From: an uncultured Pelagibacteraceae bacterium
Lineage (GTDB): Bacteria; Pseudomonadota; Alphaproteobacteria; Pelagibacterales; Pelagibacteraceae
DNA: 64,000 bases
Reading direction: 5' to 3'
NCBI GenBank assembly: GCA_902601705.1
Contig: CACKNV010000002.1
Span: 44,043 to 108,042, forward strand
The notes under the pieces were generated by a model, which was not told the origin of the DNA, did not search any database, and saw only the letters and a list, made by a program, of their open reading frames with translations. Below are positions 31,689-41,602 of the stretch, piece after piece. Both the position numbers and the translations under genes were made by a program. How positions within the stretch are numbered: the first letter of the stretch is position 1; each line of letters begins with the position of its first letter.

Positions 31689-32261
31689 ATGCTTTTACTC
31701 GTCGGATTAGGAAATCCTGGATCCAACTACACTAATACCAGACATAACATTGGTTTTAAAATAATTGATGCTATCAACGCACACTTTAAACTTTCAAAAC
31801 AAAAACCAAAATTCAAAGGCTTGCTCACTACAGGTAATATAGATGAAAAGAAAATCTATGCTATTAAACCATTAACTTTTATGAATAATTCTGGAACAGC
31901 TATAAAAGAGCTAATCGATTATTTTAAGATCGATGCAAAAGATGTTTTTGTTTTTCATGATGATATGGATATTGATTTTGGAAAAATAAAAGCAAAGTTT
32001 GGGGGTAGTAGTGCAGGTCATAACGGGATTGAATCTATAGATAAATTTATTGGTAAAGATTACTCTAGAGTTCGTATAGGGATAGGGCATCCAAAACAAA
32101 AGAAAAAAGTGAATAATCATGTTCTAGAAGATTTTAAAGAAGACGAAGAGGACAAAATTAACGAGATTACAGAAAATATAGTCAAACAATTGCCTACATT
32201 AATAGAAAAAAAAATAGATCTTTTTTCGAGTAAAGTAAATCAAGACCTGAATGGGATTTAA
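31689..32261 (+). CDS. pth: Peptidyl-tRNA hydrolase
   Basis: Motifs: LLVGLGNPG..Y..TRHNIGF, FMNNSG, GGSSAGHNG. Confidence 0.95.
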   Translation: MLLLVGLGNPGSNYTNTRHNIGFKIIDAINAHFKLSKQKPKFKGLLTTGNIDEKKIYAIKPLTFMNNSGTAIKELIDYFKIDAKDVFVFHDDMDIDFGKIKAKFGGSSAGHNGIESIDKFIGKDYSRVRIGIGHPKQKKKVNNHVLEDFKEDEEDKINEITENIVKQLPTLIEKKIDLFSSKVNQDLNGI

Positions 32262-33321
32262 ATGTGGAATAGTTGGACTTCCTAATGTTGGAAAGTCCAC
32301 TTTATTCAATGCATTAACAGCATCGAAAAATGCAGAGGCTGCTAACTTTCCTTTCTGTACTATAGATCCAAATATCGGGATAGTCGATGTCATTGATGAA
32401 AGATTAGACAAATTATCAAAATTATCTAACTCTAAAAAAAAAATTTATACTAATATAACTTTTGTAGATATTGCAGGATTAGTTAAGGGAGCGTCAAAGG
32501 GAGAAGGTCTAGGAAATAAATTTCTTTCTCACATAAGAGAGGTAGATGCAATTATTCACTTAGTAAGATGTTTTGACTCAGATAAAATTACTCACGTCAA
32601 CTCTAAAATTAATCCAGTTGAAGACCTTGAGACAATTAAAACAGAAATAATACTTTCTGACCTAGATATCGTTCAAAAAAAACTTGAAAAAGGTAAGAAA
32701 AAATTACTTCAAGAAAAAGAAGTTAAAATACTTGAGGGAAAATTGAGACAATTAAATGAGGGTAAAGAAGTAACTATAGAAGATGAAAATGAAAAAAAAT
32801 TTTTAACTACATTAGGTTTACTAACTATAAAACCAAAAATAATTGTATGTAATGTAGATGAGGAAAGCTTAGTAAGAGGTAATGCTTTTACTGAAAGCAT
32901 TAAAAAAAAATATTCTAATGAAAAAATTGTGACTATCTGCGCTGATATTGAGGATCAAATCATGGGATTAGATAACAATGAAAGGGAAACCTTCATGAAA
33001 GAAATAGGATTAAATAAAACTGGGCTAAATCAATTAATTAAGGAAGGATATGACCTTTTGAACCTCGATACATTTTTTACCTCGGGACCTGAGGAAAGTA
33101 GAGCTTGGACTGTAGAAAAAAATACTCTAGCACCAAAAGCAGCGAGTGTGATTCACACTGATTTTGAAAAAAACTTTATTCGAGCTGAAGCTGTAACATG
33201 CGAGGATTTTATAAAATTTGGAAGTGCTGAGAAATGCAAAGAAAATGGAAAGCTTAGAATTGAAGGAAAAGATTATATTGTAAAAGATGGGGATGTTTTA
33301 TACTTCCGTGTCAACCCTTGA
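32251..33321 (+). CDS. ychF: Ribosome-binding ATPase YchF
   Basis: Motifs: GIVGLPNVGKSTLFNALT, FCTIDPN, DIAGLVKGAS. The C-terminal TGS-like segment reads RAWTV...HTDFEKNFIRAE. Confidence 0.96.
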   Translation: MGFKCGIVGLPNVGKSTLFNALTASKNAEAANFPFCTIDPNIGIVDVIDERLDKLSKLSNSKKKIYTNITFVDIAGLVKGASKGEGLGNKFLSHIREVDAIIHLVRCFDSDKITHVNSKINPVEDLETIKTEIILSDLDIVQKKLEKGKKKLLQEKEVKILEGKLRQLNEGKEVTIEDENEKKFLTTLGLLTIKPKIIVCNVDEESLVRGNAFTESIKKKYSNEKIVTICADIEDQIMGLDNNERETFMKEIGLNKTGLNQLIKEGYDLLNLDTFFTSGPEESRAWTVEKNTLAPKAASVIHTDFEKNFIRAEAVTCEDFIKFGSAEKCKENGKLRIEGKDYIVKDGDVLYFRVNP

Positions 33322-34080
33322 CCAAATTTTCTTCATACTTAAATAAACTAAAGTCGTTAACAGTACTAAATAAATAATAACTTTAACACCCGTTTTATGT
33401 CTTTCTTCAAGTTCAGGTTCGGCAGCCCAAGCTAAAAAAGTTGTTACATCTTTAGCCATTTGTTCAACAGTAGACTCGGTGCCATCTGCATATTCAACTA
33501 GGCCATCCATTAAATTATTTGGCATTTTAATTTTATTGCCGGCCATATATTTATTATAATAAACGCCGTCATCAAGAGTTACACCTGGAGGCGGGTCCTC
33601 ATAACCGACAAGAACTGAATAAATGTAATTAGCTCCTCCTTTTCTTGCTTTAACTAAAACTGACATATCAGGCGGGTATGCCCCACCATTAGCAGCTGTC
33701 GCTGCCTGAACATTAGGGTACGGGCTTTTAAACTTATCTGAGGGTTTTCCTGGTCGAGTAAACATTTCTCCTTGAGAATCTGGGCCATCTTCTATTTCGA
33801 AACTAGCAGCAATAGCTTTTACTTCTTGCACTGAAAACTCAGGTCCGCCAGGTTCTCCTAGATTTCTATAGCTAAGATATTGCATTGAGTGACAAGAAGC
33901 ACAGACTTCTTTATAAACTTGAAAGCCTCTTTGTAGTGATGCTCTATCAAAAGTTCCAGTTAAACCTTTAAAACTCCAATCCACTTTAATTGGATCGACC
34001 ATTTCAGCGCTTTGTAGTGGTTTAAGTGAGACAAGTAGTAAAAAAGATAAAACGATTAGTTTTATATTAAACTTTATCAT
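33298..34080 (-). CDS. petC: Cytochrome c1 of the bc1 complex
   Basis: Signal peptide, haem motif CASCHS, and a C-terminal TM anchor. Confidence 0.93.
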   Translation of the reverse strand: MIKFNIKLIVLSFLLLVSLKPLQSAEMVDPIKVDWSFKGLTGTFDRASLQRGFQVYKEVCASCHSMQYLSYRNLGEPGGPEFSVQEVKAIAASFEIEDGPDSQGEMFTRPGKPSDKFKSPYPNVQAATAANGGAYPPDMSVLVKARKGGANYIYSVLVGYEDPPPGVTLDDGVYYNKYMAGNKIKMPNNLMDGLVEYADGTESTVEQMAKDVTTFLAWAAEPELEERHKTGVKVIIYLVLLTTLVYLSMKKIWSRVDTEV

Positions 34081-35326
34081 TAACCTTCCTAGCTAAAGAT
34101 GGCTCTGCTCCTCCGGTTAATACTGGCTCGGAGATACTCATAGGAATAGGATCTGTTTTTTCTAAATAACCGACAACTGGCATAACCACTATAAAATGTA
34201 AAAAGTAATAAATAGTTCCTACTCTAGCTAATACTAAGTAAATCCCTTCAGCTGGCATCGCGCCAACATAACCAAGCATTAGAACGTCTATTACTAATAT
34301 CCAAAAAAACTGTCTATAAATCGGTCTAAAAACAGCCGATCTTACTTTTGATGTATCTAACCAAGGTAAAACAAATAAAATAAAAATTGCACTGAACATT
34401 AAAATTACTCCTCCTAATTTATCAGGGACAGATCTCAAAATTGCGTAAAATGGCAACAAATACCATTCAGGCACAATGTGAGCAGGTGTAACTAAAGGAT
34501 TTGCAGGTATATAATTGTCTGAGTGACCCAAAACATTAGGGGTGAAGAATACAAATCCGGCAAATATGATCATAAATACTAAAAGCGCGAAAGCATCTTT
34601 AATTGTTATATATGGATGGAATGGCACTGTATCTTTAGACGGTTTCTTTATATCAATTCCTACAGGGTTATTATTCCCTGGAACATGTAAAGCCCATATG
34701 TGTAAAACTACTAATCCTAAAATTAAAAACGGAATTAAATAATGTAAACTAAAAAATCTGTTAAGTGTTGGATTATCTACAGAATATGCTCCCCATAACC
34801 AAGTTGTTATGCTATCTCCAACCAAAGGTATCGCACTAAATAAGTTAGTTATTACTGTGGCACCCCAGAAGCTCATTTGACCCCAAGGCAAAACGTAACC
34901 CATGAAAGCTGCTGCCATCATTAATAAATAAATCATAAGACCAATTATCCAAATTACCTCTCTTGGTGATTTATATGATCCATAAAATAAAGATCTAAAA
35001 ATGTGTATGTAAACTGCTAGGAAAAACATAGACGCGCCATTGCTGTGAATATATCTTATAAGCCAACCATAATTTACATCTCTCATTATGTGCTCCACAC
35101 TTGCAAAAGCTAAGTCTGCATGAGCAACGTAATGCATTGCTAAAACAATTCCTGTAACTATTTGAGTGATCAAACAAAAAGTTAAAATTCCACCAAAGGT
35201 CCACCAATAATTTAAATTTTTGGGAGTTGGATAATCTGTTAAATGTGCTCCAAGCGTAAGCAAAGGTAAACGGTCATTAAACCATTTCCCTGCTTTAGAT
35301 TTTGGTACGTACTCGTGCTCACTCAT
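34067..35326 (-). CDS. petB: Cytochrome b of the bc1 complex
   Basis: Motifs: [33 protein letters not shown]. Confidence 0.97.
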   Translation of the reverse strand: MSEHEYVPKSKAGKWFNDRLPLLTLGAHLTDYPTPKNLNYWWTFGGILTFCLITQIVTGIVLAMHYVAHADLAFASVEHIMRDVNYGWLIRYIHSNGASMFFLAVYIHIFRSLFYGSYKSPREVIWIIGLMIYLLMMAAAFMGYVLPWGQMSFWGATVITNLFSAIPLVGDSITTWLWGAYSVDNPTLNRFFSLHYLIPFLILGLVVLHIWALHVPGNNNPVGIDIKKPSKDTVPFHPYITIKDAFALLVFMIIFAGFVFFTPNVLGHSDNYIPANPLVTPAHIVPEWYLLPFYAILRSVPDKLGGVILMFSAIFILFVLPWLDTSKVRSAVFRPIYRQFFWILVIDVLMLGYVGAMPAEGIYLVLARVGTIYYFLHFIVVMPVVGYLEKTDPIPMSISEPVLTGGAEPSLARKVNDKV

Positions 35327-35332
35327 AATTAT

Positions 35333-35854
35333 TTATCCAATTTTAATTGTATTGCTATCAACAAATTCAAACTTTGGTATTTCCATATTTGTTGGAGCTG
35401 GTCCTTTTCTTATCCTGCCTGATACATCGTAATGCGAACCATGGCAAGGACAAAACCAACCATTGAAGTCTCCTTTATCCTTTAAAGGCACACATCCAAG
35501 ATGTGTACAAACTCCTAACATGACTAACCACTCATCTTTTCCATCTTTTACTCTATCCTCATCTTTTTGAGGATCAGGCAAATCGTCCAATTTTACTGCT
35601 CTGGCCTCAGCTATTTCTTCTGAAGTTCTTTTTTTTATAAATATTGGCTTTCCTCTCCATAAAACGGTAATAGATTTGCCAGGTTCTATACCACTAATGT
35701 CAACTTCTGTAGTTGCTAAAGCTTGTTGAGCTTTATCTGGATTCATTTGGTCAATCATTGGCCAAATCACTGCGCCAACTCCAACTGCTCCAATGGTATA
35801 ACTAGCTGTAAATAGAAAATCTCTCCGATTAACTTTTTTTTCTTCTTTGCTCAT
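35333..35854 (-). CDS. petA: Rieske iron-sulfur subunit of the bc1 complex
   Basis: Tat-like N-terminus NRRDFL and the Rieske boxes CTHLGC and CPCHGS. Confidence 0.96.
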   Translation of the reverse strand: MSKEEKKVNRRDFLFTASYTIGAVGVGAVIWPMIDQMNPDKAQQALATTEVDISGIEPGKSITVLWRGKPIFIKKRTSEEIAEARAVKLDDLPDPQKDEDRVKDGKDEWLVMLGVCTHLGCVPLKDKGDFNGWFCPCHGSHYDVSGRIRKGPAPTNMEIPKFEFVDSNTIKIG

Positions 35855-35943
35855 TAATGTTTGTGTTTATAATATATTTAATCATTTAAACTATGTTTTT
35901 AAATACTCTAGGGTCAGAATGACACATAATTCAAGCAATAATA

Positions 35944-36393
35944 ATGCACATAGCTCTTTATAAACCTGATATTCCCCAAAATACTGCTGCAATAATAAGA
36001 TTGGGTGCTTGTTTAAATCTTAAAATTCATATTATTGAACCTTGTGGCTTTAATATACACGACTCAAGATTTAAAAGAGTAGTGATGGACTATATGAGTA
36101 TGAGCAGAATATTTAGATATGAGAACTATGATGATTTTCTGAAAAAGAATAAAAGAAAAAGAATAGTTTTAATGACAACTAAAGCAAAAAAACATTATCA
36201 TAAGTTTAAATTTAAAAAAGATGATATGATGCTATTTGGTAGAGAGAGTGCTGGGGTACCCGAAAATTTGCATAAGACTATAAAAAATAAAGTTAAAGTT
36301 CCAATGAACAAAAATACTCGATCACTTAATATTGCTATGAGTGTAGCTATAATTTCAGCTGAAGCACTTAGGCAGAATAACTTATTGAAATAA
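35944..36393 (+). CDS. trmL: tRNA (cytidine/uridine34-2'-O)-methyltransferase, SpoU/TrmL family
   Basis: 149 aa. Motifs: IALYKPDIPQNTAAIIR, MLFGRESAGVP, SLNIAMSVAI. Confidence 0.85.
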   Translation: MHIALYKPDIPQNTAAIIRLGACLNLKIHIIEPCGFNIHDSRFKRVVMDYMSMSRIFRYENYDDFLKKNKRKRIVLMTTKAKKHYHKFKFKKDDMMLFGRESAGVPENLHKTIKNKVKVPMNKNTRSLNIAMSVAIISAEALRQNNLLK

Positions 36394-37217
36394 TGGTTGA
36401 TACAGAATTTAGAAAGAAAATGGCAGATAGTTGGTTCTCTAATTTACAAATGCAAATTTGTAAATCATTTGAACGACTTGAAAGTGATAAAGTGCAATTT
36501 ACAAAAAGAGATTGGTATAAGAAAAAGGCATCTGAGGGCGGAGGAACTTCTTATCTTTTAATAGGAGGTAAAATCTTCGATAAAGTTGGAGTTAACAAAT
36601 CAACAGTCTCTGGAGTATTCCCAAAGAAATTTAGATCTAAAATTTTAGGAGCTGAAAAAAAAGGGAAATATTGGGCATCAGGAGTTTCAGTGGTTGCACA
36701 TATGAAAAACCCTAAAATTCCAGCTGTGCATTTTAATACAAGGTTTATTGTTACTTCTAAAGAATGGTTTGGTGGAGGAATGGATGCAACACCTAGTCAC
36801 GAAGATAAAAAAGAAAGTAAGTTAATTCATGATGATTTAAGAAATGTATGCTTAAAAAATAAAAAAAATTATAAAAAATATAAAAAATGGTGTGATGAAT
36901 ATTTTTATTTACCTCACCGGAACGAAGCAAGGGGTATTGGTGGAATTTTTTTTGATTATGAAACAAAAGATTGGATTAAAAATTTTAAGTTTGTAAGAGA
37001 ACTAGGATTAGCTTTTATAGATATTTCAAATAAAATAATTAACAGAAAAAAAAAATTAAGATATTCAAAAAAAGATAAAGAAAAGCAATTATTTAAAAGG
37101 GGAAGATATGTTGAGTTTAACCTTTTATATGATAGAGGTACAAAGTTTGGTTTAAATTCGGGAGGTAACATTGACTCAATTTTAATGTCTTTACCACCTG
37201 AAGCTAAGTGGAAGTAA
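36393..37217 (+). CDS. hemF: Oxygen-dependent coproporphyrinogen III oxidase
   Basis: Motifs: GGGTSYLL, GVNKSTVSG, NPKIPAVHFNTRF, WFGGGMD, RGIGGIFFD, RGTKFGL. Confidence 0.93.
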   Translation: MVDTEFRKKMADSWFSNLQMQICKSFERLESDKVQFTKRDWYKKKASEGGGTSYLLIGGKIFDKVGVNKSTVSGVFPKKFRSKILGAEKKGKYWASGVSVVAHMKNPKIPAVHFNTRFIVTSKEWFGGGMDATPSHEDKKESKLIHDDLRNVCLKNKKNYKKYKKWCDEYFYLPHRNEARGIGGIFFDYETKDWIKNFKFVRELGLAFIDISNKIINRKKKLRYSKKDKEKQLFKRGRYVEFNLLYDRGTKFGLNSGGNIDSILMSLPPEAKWK

Positions 37218-37219
37218 TT

Positions 37220-37696
37220 ATGGATAAAGAACCTATTACAGTTAATGGTCTTGAAAGTTTAAAATCAGAATTAGAAAATTTAAAAAATGTTCAAAGGCCA
37301 AAAGTTGTTGAAGCGATTGCTGAAGCAAGATCTCATGGTGATCTAAAAGAGAATGCTGAGTATCATGCAGCTAAAGAACAACAGGCCTTAATTGAAAGTC
37401 GTGTTGTTGCTATCAATGATTTAATTGCAAGAGCAAACGTAATTGATGTGACAAAAATTGAAAATAATGGAAAAGTTATTTTTGGCTCAACAGTAAAATT
37501 ACAAGATTTAGAAAATGATAAACAAATTAATTACAAATTAGTTGGACAGGATGAAGCTGATATTAAAAAAAATCTTATTTTTTTTAAAAGTCCAATAGGA
37601 AAAGCCTTAATCGGAAAAGATAAAGGTGAAATGGTTGCAGTAAACACTCCATCTGGTGAAAAAAATTTTGAAATACTAGACGTTGAATATATTTAA
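37220..37696 (+). CDS. greA: Transcription elongation factor GreA
   Basis: MDKEPITVNGLESLKSELENLK...GDLKENAEYHAAKEQQ. I prefer the ATG at 37220 over the track's GTG at 37208, which lies inside the hemF 3' end. Confidence 0.93.
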   Translation: MDKEPITVNGLESLKSELENLKNVQRPKVVEAIAEARSHGDLKENAEYHAAKEQQALIESRVVAINDLIARANVIDVTKIENNGKVIFGSTVKLQDLENDKQINYKLVGQDEADIKKNLIFFKSPIGKALIGKDKGEMVAVNTPSGEKNFEILDVEYI

Positions 37697-38952
37697 GAAT
37701 TTTGTTTTATTATTTCTTGAACCCTATCATCTGAAATTTTAAAATTATTTTTCATCCATTCTTCTTCAATTTTTCTTAAGACTTTACCCAATAAAACTCC
37801 TTCCCTCATTCCTTTATTCATTAAATATTTACCGTCTATATCAAATTTAGGAGTTTTTGATTTTAAGATATTTTTCATTGCCTCAGAAAAATTTTTAAAG
37901 GTATATTTTGAATTTGAGGCAAAGTTTAATATGTTCAGATTTATCAAGTGGCTTTTATCATTTAAATAAATATACTTCTCGATATCTTTGGTAAAAAAAT
38001 CTTTATTATTCTTAAGTAACTTTAAATTTTTTGCTAATAAATTTAGATCATCTTTAATGTCATTAGATACATTATACTTATGACAAAAATATTCATGATT
38101 GCTATCCTTATCTATTAATAAAATAGCTAGTAGAAGGTTTAAATTAATTTTAGAGGAATTTAGTATTTTTTTTAACCTTTCTAAACGCTTAAGGTTTGCA
38201 AATTCAGGGAAAATGAGATTAAAAATTTCCCTCAAATAAGTGCTTTCATTTAAGTTAATAAAAGATTTTAAATTTAGAATTTTAAACAATTCTACTAAAA
38301 TTCTTTCTTTTGAAATTTTTTTAATCCCTATTAAATTTTGTTTTATCGCATTATTAGTTGTAGCTTCAACTTTGCTATCATAAATAATTTTAAATCTTAT
38401 AAACCTGATAATACGTAAATAGTCTTCTTCAATTCTTTTGTGAGGATCTCCAATAAACTTGACGTTATTGTTCTTTAAGTCAACAGTACCCATTTGTGGG
38501 TCAAAAATTTTTCCATTAATATCTAAATAAATCGCATTAATAGTAAAATCTCTTCTTTCAGAATCTAGCTTCCAATCATCAATGTATTCTACCTCAGCAT
38601 GTCGTCCATCTGTCTCAACATCTTTTCTCAATGTTGTAATTTCAAGTTTATGTTTTTTTGATACTAGAGTTATTGTTCCGTGTTCAATACCAGTATCAAC
38701 TACTTTGAAATTTGTGTTGTTAAATCGTTCTTTAATTTCGTAAGAACTCAATGTTGTTGCTATATCAATATCGTCGATTTCATCATTGCTGAGATATTTT
38801 CTTACACAGCCTCCAACAAATCTTGCTGCAATTTTATCGTTTGGAAGACCTTCTTGAAGTTTTTGAAATACAAATTTTAATTCTTTATCTTTATAAAATG
38901 GAAAAAAAACTCTTTTTATTTTTTTAATTAAATTAAAAATTTTTTCTAACAT
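37693..38952 (-). CDS. cca: tRNA nucleotidyltransferase (CCA-adding enzyme / poly(A) polymerase family)
   Basis: Motifs: FVGGCVRKYL, DIDIATT, RDFTINA. The track start (GTG at 38970) lies inside the tRNA-Gln acceptor stem, so I call the ATG at 38952 (MLEKIFNLIKK...). Confidence 0.88.
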   Translation of the reverse strand: MLEKIFNLIKKIKRVFFPFYKDKELKFVFQKLQEGLPNDKIAARFVGGCVRKYLSNDEIDDIDIATTLSSYEIKERFNNTNFKVVDTGIEHGTITLVSKKHKLEITTLRKDVETDGRHAEVEYIDDWKLDSERRDFTINAIYLDINGKIFDPQMGTVDLKNNNVKFIGDPHKRIEEDYLRIIRFIRFKIIYDSKVEATTNNAIKQNLIGIKKISKERILVELFKILNLKSFINLNESTYLREIFNLIFPEFANLKRLERLKKILNSSKINLNLLLAILLIDKDSNHEYFCHKYNVSNDIKDDLNLLAKNLKLLKNNKDFFTKDIEKYIYLNDKSHLINLNILNFASNSKYTFKNFSEAMKNILKSKTPKFDIDGKYLMNKGMREGVLLGKVLRKIEEEWMKNNFKISDDRVQEIIKQNS

Positions 38953-38958
38953 AGATTT

Positions 38959-39032
38959 TGGCTGGGGCACTAGGATTCGAACCTAGGATGGCGGTATCAA
39001 AAACCGCTGCCTTACCGCTTGGCTATGCCCCA
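38959..39032 (-). tRNA. tRNA-Gln (anticodon UUG)
   Basis: The reverse strand reads TGGGGCATAGCCAAGCGGTAAGGCAGCGGTTTTTGATACCGCCATCCTAGGTTCGAATCCTAGTGCCCCAGCCA. It has the anticodon loop TTTTGAT, encodes its CCA, and is close to the E. coli tRNA-Gln1 layout. Confidence 0.95.
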
Positions 39033-39068
39033 ACTATCAGAAATCTGATATATCATATATCACAAAAA

Positions 39069-39905
39069 TTAAACAGTTTTAGCCAATGAAAACCAGAGAT
39101 GAGGATACTGTTTTTTTAAATTAATATAGGCTTTTTTTGCAATAATCTGATCATTAAATAAGCCGTAACAAACTGACCCAGAGCCAGTCATTCTTGAAAA
39201 AAAGCACCCTTTTTCATTTTTAATGTTAATCAAAATTTTTTTAATGTGAGGATATTTTCTTTCAACAATGAATTGCAAATCATTTCTATTTTTACTTAAA
39301 TAGTCTAAAAAGGATTTCCTTGAATTTACAATATTATTATTAAATCGCTCCTTTTTTGAAAATTTTCTTACTTTAGAGTATATCTCCTTCGTGGAGCATC
39401 TAATTTTTGGTTGAATAAGTAAAAAATAAAATTTTTGATTCTTTTTCAAATTTATTATTGTTTTTAAGTTTTTCAAAAAAGCTTGTCTTTTGAAAAAAAG
39501 TTTAAGATCAGTTCCAATAATACTTCTAAGTTTATTTAATAAATCATTATTTACTTTATTCTTCAGTAAAAATTTTAGTATAAAAGCAGCATTGCTAGAT
39601 CCTCCCCCTAGCCCGCCAAAAACTGGAATATTTTTTGTAATAGTGATGGAATAATAATTTGAAATTAAATTTAAATTTCTTAATTTTTTAAGTAAATTTA
39701 ACACTGTGTTTTTTTTTACATTTACTAAGTTTTTAAAAGGTCCTTTAAAATTAATTTTATCTTTATTTTTTTTTATTTTATTTATCTCAATTTTATCAGA
39801 TAAACTTATCAAACAGTATAACGACTGAATTTCATGTAAATTATTTTTTAATTTAGAGTTTACCTTTAATGTAAGGTTGATTTTTGAATAAGACTTAATG
39901 ACCAT
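39069..39905 (-). CDS. ispE: 4-diphosphocytidyl-2-C-methyl-D-erythritol kinase
   Basis: KINLTLKV and the GHMP kinase motif PVFGGLGGGSSNAA. Confidence 0.88.
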   Translation of the reverse strand: MVIKSYSKINLTLKVNSKLKNNLHEIQSLYCLISLSDKIEINKIKKNKDKINFKGPFKNLVNVKKNTVLNLLKKLRNLNLISNYYSITITKNIPVFGGLGGGSSNAAFILKFLLKNKVNNDLLNKLRSIIGTDLKLFFKRQAFLKNLKTIINLKKNQKFYFLLIQPKIRCSTKEIYSKVRKFSKKERFNNNIVNSRKSFLDYLSKNRNDLQFIVERKYPHIKKILINIKNEKGCFFSRMTGSGSVCYGLFNDQIIAKKAYINLKKQYPHLWFSLAKTV

Positions 39906-39908
39906 TTT

Positions 39909-41594
39909 TTATAGGCCTTTAATTAATTTATCTTCGACATTTTTTTTAAGCTTATCTTCAATTTTTTCAAGATTTAAAACATAGTCCCAATAATATCTCG
40001 CTTGAATTTCATTTCCAATTTTCCATAATACATCTCCATAATGATCATTAACTATTGGATCAGCAGGTAATAATCTAACAGCTAATTGTAGGTACTCTTT
40101 AGCTTCCTCGTATCTCTCAAGTTTAAATAAAGCCCATCCAAGGGAGTCTGTTATATAAGGATCATTCGATCTTAATTTGTTAGCTTTCTCTAACATGTTC
40201 AAAGATTTTTCTATTTTTATACCTTTTTCAATCCACGAATAAGCTAAATAATTAATGACATAGGCTTGATCAGGTTTGGCTTCTAATGAGGCCAATAAAT
40301 CTTTTTCTGCTTTATCCCACTCTCCAATTCTTTCATAAGCGATTCCTCGCCCATCAGTGGACTCGGCGTATAAAGGATGTTTCTTTTGAATTCGTTTTAT
40401 TATTTGAGTATAAAATGGAATAGCTTCTTTAAATTTTTCATTATTTTTTAAAAATTCAGCATAATCAAAAGTTTCATAAATATTTTTTTTGACTAAATTA
40501 TTATAAGATTTTTCTAAAAGTTTTAACGCTTCATTTTTATTTTCACTCTCTATAAAAATTTTTGCAAGTTGTTTCGATGAGTACCAATGAAAGGCCTTTC
40601 CTTTTTTGCTTAAGTTATTATAAATTTTTTTCGCTTTTTTAAAATTACTTATTTTATAAAAATTTTCTGCCATTAAAGTATCGTATGAATGAAAGTCCTC
40701 ATTTAAGTATTTTGCTAAATTTAAATAAAAGTTTGATAAAGAATACATCGACTGAGAAGATAACACGTTAGCAGCTACGTAAAGTATTTCTGCAGCAACA
40801 TTGGTTTTTTTTTTACAGTTAAAAGCTAAAATATTTTTATCTTCATTTAAATCTAATTTATATTGGTTGAGTAATAAATTTCTTGGGTAGAGCTCCAATG
40901 CAGAATTAACAATTTTTTTTGCCTCATTTATCTCCCCTGTTGAGGCAATATAAGATGCCAAGAAATAATTATATCTAGAGAAATCTGTTGTTCGACTCGA
41001 TAATAACTCATTAAAAAAAAATTTTGTATTTGAAGTATTAAAATAACAGTTTAAAAAAGCATTTTGTATTTTTTTAAAGTTTTCAAAACTTTTATTTAAA
41101 TTATTTAATTCTTCGGTAGCCTGTTTTAAATTTGAAATATTAGACCAACCATAAAGGGAGCTGGAAATATAATTGTTCAGGATAAATTCAGAATTTTTTT
41201 TTGTTTTAAGAAAATATTTTTTTGCTAAGTCAATTTTTGAATTTTTAAGATAATAAATTCCTAAAACTAAATTACTCTCGTATGTATCTTTTTTTTTTAT
41301 TTTAAGTTTTTTAGAATAAGTAAATGCCTCTTTAAAATTTCCAGAGTTAACCAATGCATATAAGTATTTAGTTGAATAATTTGAATGGCTAATTTCAAGT
41401 CCATTCAAATTTTTTAAGTATTTTAAAGAATCCTCATATTGATTTTCATTTAAAAGCAATATTCCAGAAAAATAATCTGATATTTGCTCTTCATTACCAA
41501 ACTTATCCAAGGATTTAGCTGACGATGTGAACAAAAATATAATGACAAATATAATTTGTCCTATAATCTTATATTTAGTTACATGTATATTCAT
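39909..41594 (-). CDS. Secreted tetratricopeptide (TPR) repeat protein
   Basis: Has a signal peptide and multiple TPR-like repeats, clearest at the C-terminal end (GRGIAYERIGEWDKAEKDLLASLEAKPDQAYVINYLAYSW..., GWALFKLERYEEAKEYLQLAV). It sits upstream of ispE. Confidence 0.7.
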   Translation of the reverse strand: MNIHVTKYKIIGQIIFVIIFLFTSSAKSLDKFGNEEQISDYFSGILLLNENQYEDSLKYLKNLNGLEISHSNYSTKYLYALVNSGNFKEAFTYSKKLKIKKKDTYESNLVLGIYYLKNSKIDLAKKYFLKTKKNSEFILNNYISSSLYGWSNISNLKQATEELNNLNKSFENFKKIQNAFLNCYFNTSNTKFFFNELLSSRTTDFSRYNYFLASYIASTGEINEAKKIVNSALELYPRNLLLNQYKLDLNEDKNILAFNCKKKTNVAAEILYVAANVLSSQSMYSLSNFYLNLAKYLNEDFHSYDTLMAENFYKISNFKKAKKIYNNLSKKGKAFHWYSSKQLAKIFIESENKNEALKLLEKSYNNLVKKNIYETFDYAEFLKNNEKFKEAIPFYTQIIKRIQKKHPLYAESTDGRGIAYERIGEWDKAEKDLLASLEAKPDQAYVINYLAYSWIEKGIKIEKSLNMLEKANKLRSNDPYITDSLGWALFKLERYEEAKEYLQLAVRLLPADPIVNDHYGDVLWKIGNEIQARYYWDYVLNLEKIEDKLKKNVEDKLIKGL

Positions 41595-41602
41595 AATAAT
41601 AG

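Noticed and set aside
38953-38970. The track's GTG start for cca (MPQPKSM...), and similar upstream non-ATG starts for trxB (15715), greA (37208), ccrM (42936) and mutY (46188).
   Set aside because: The cca extension lies inside the tRNA-Gln acceptor stem. The other extensions overlap neighbouring genes or add residues absent from conserved N-termini. Downstream ATGs give N-termini that align with known family members.
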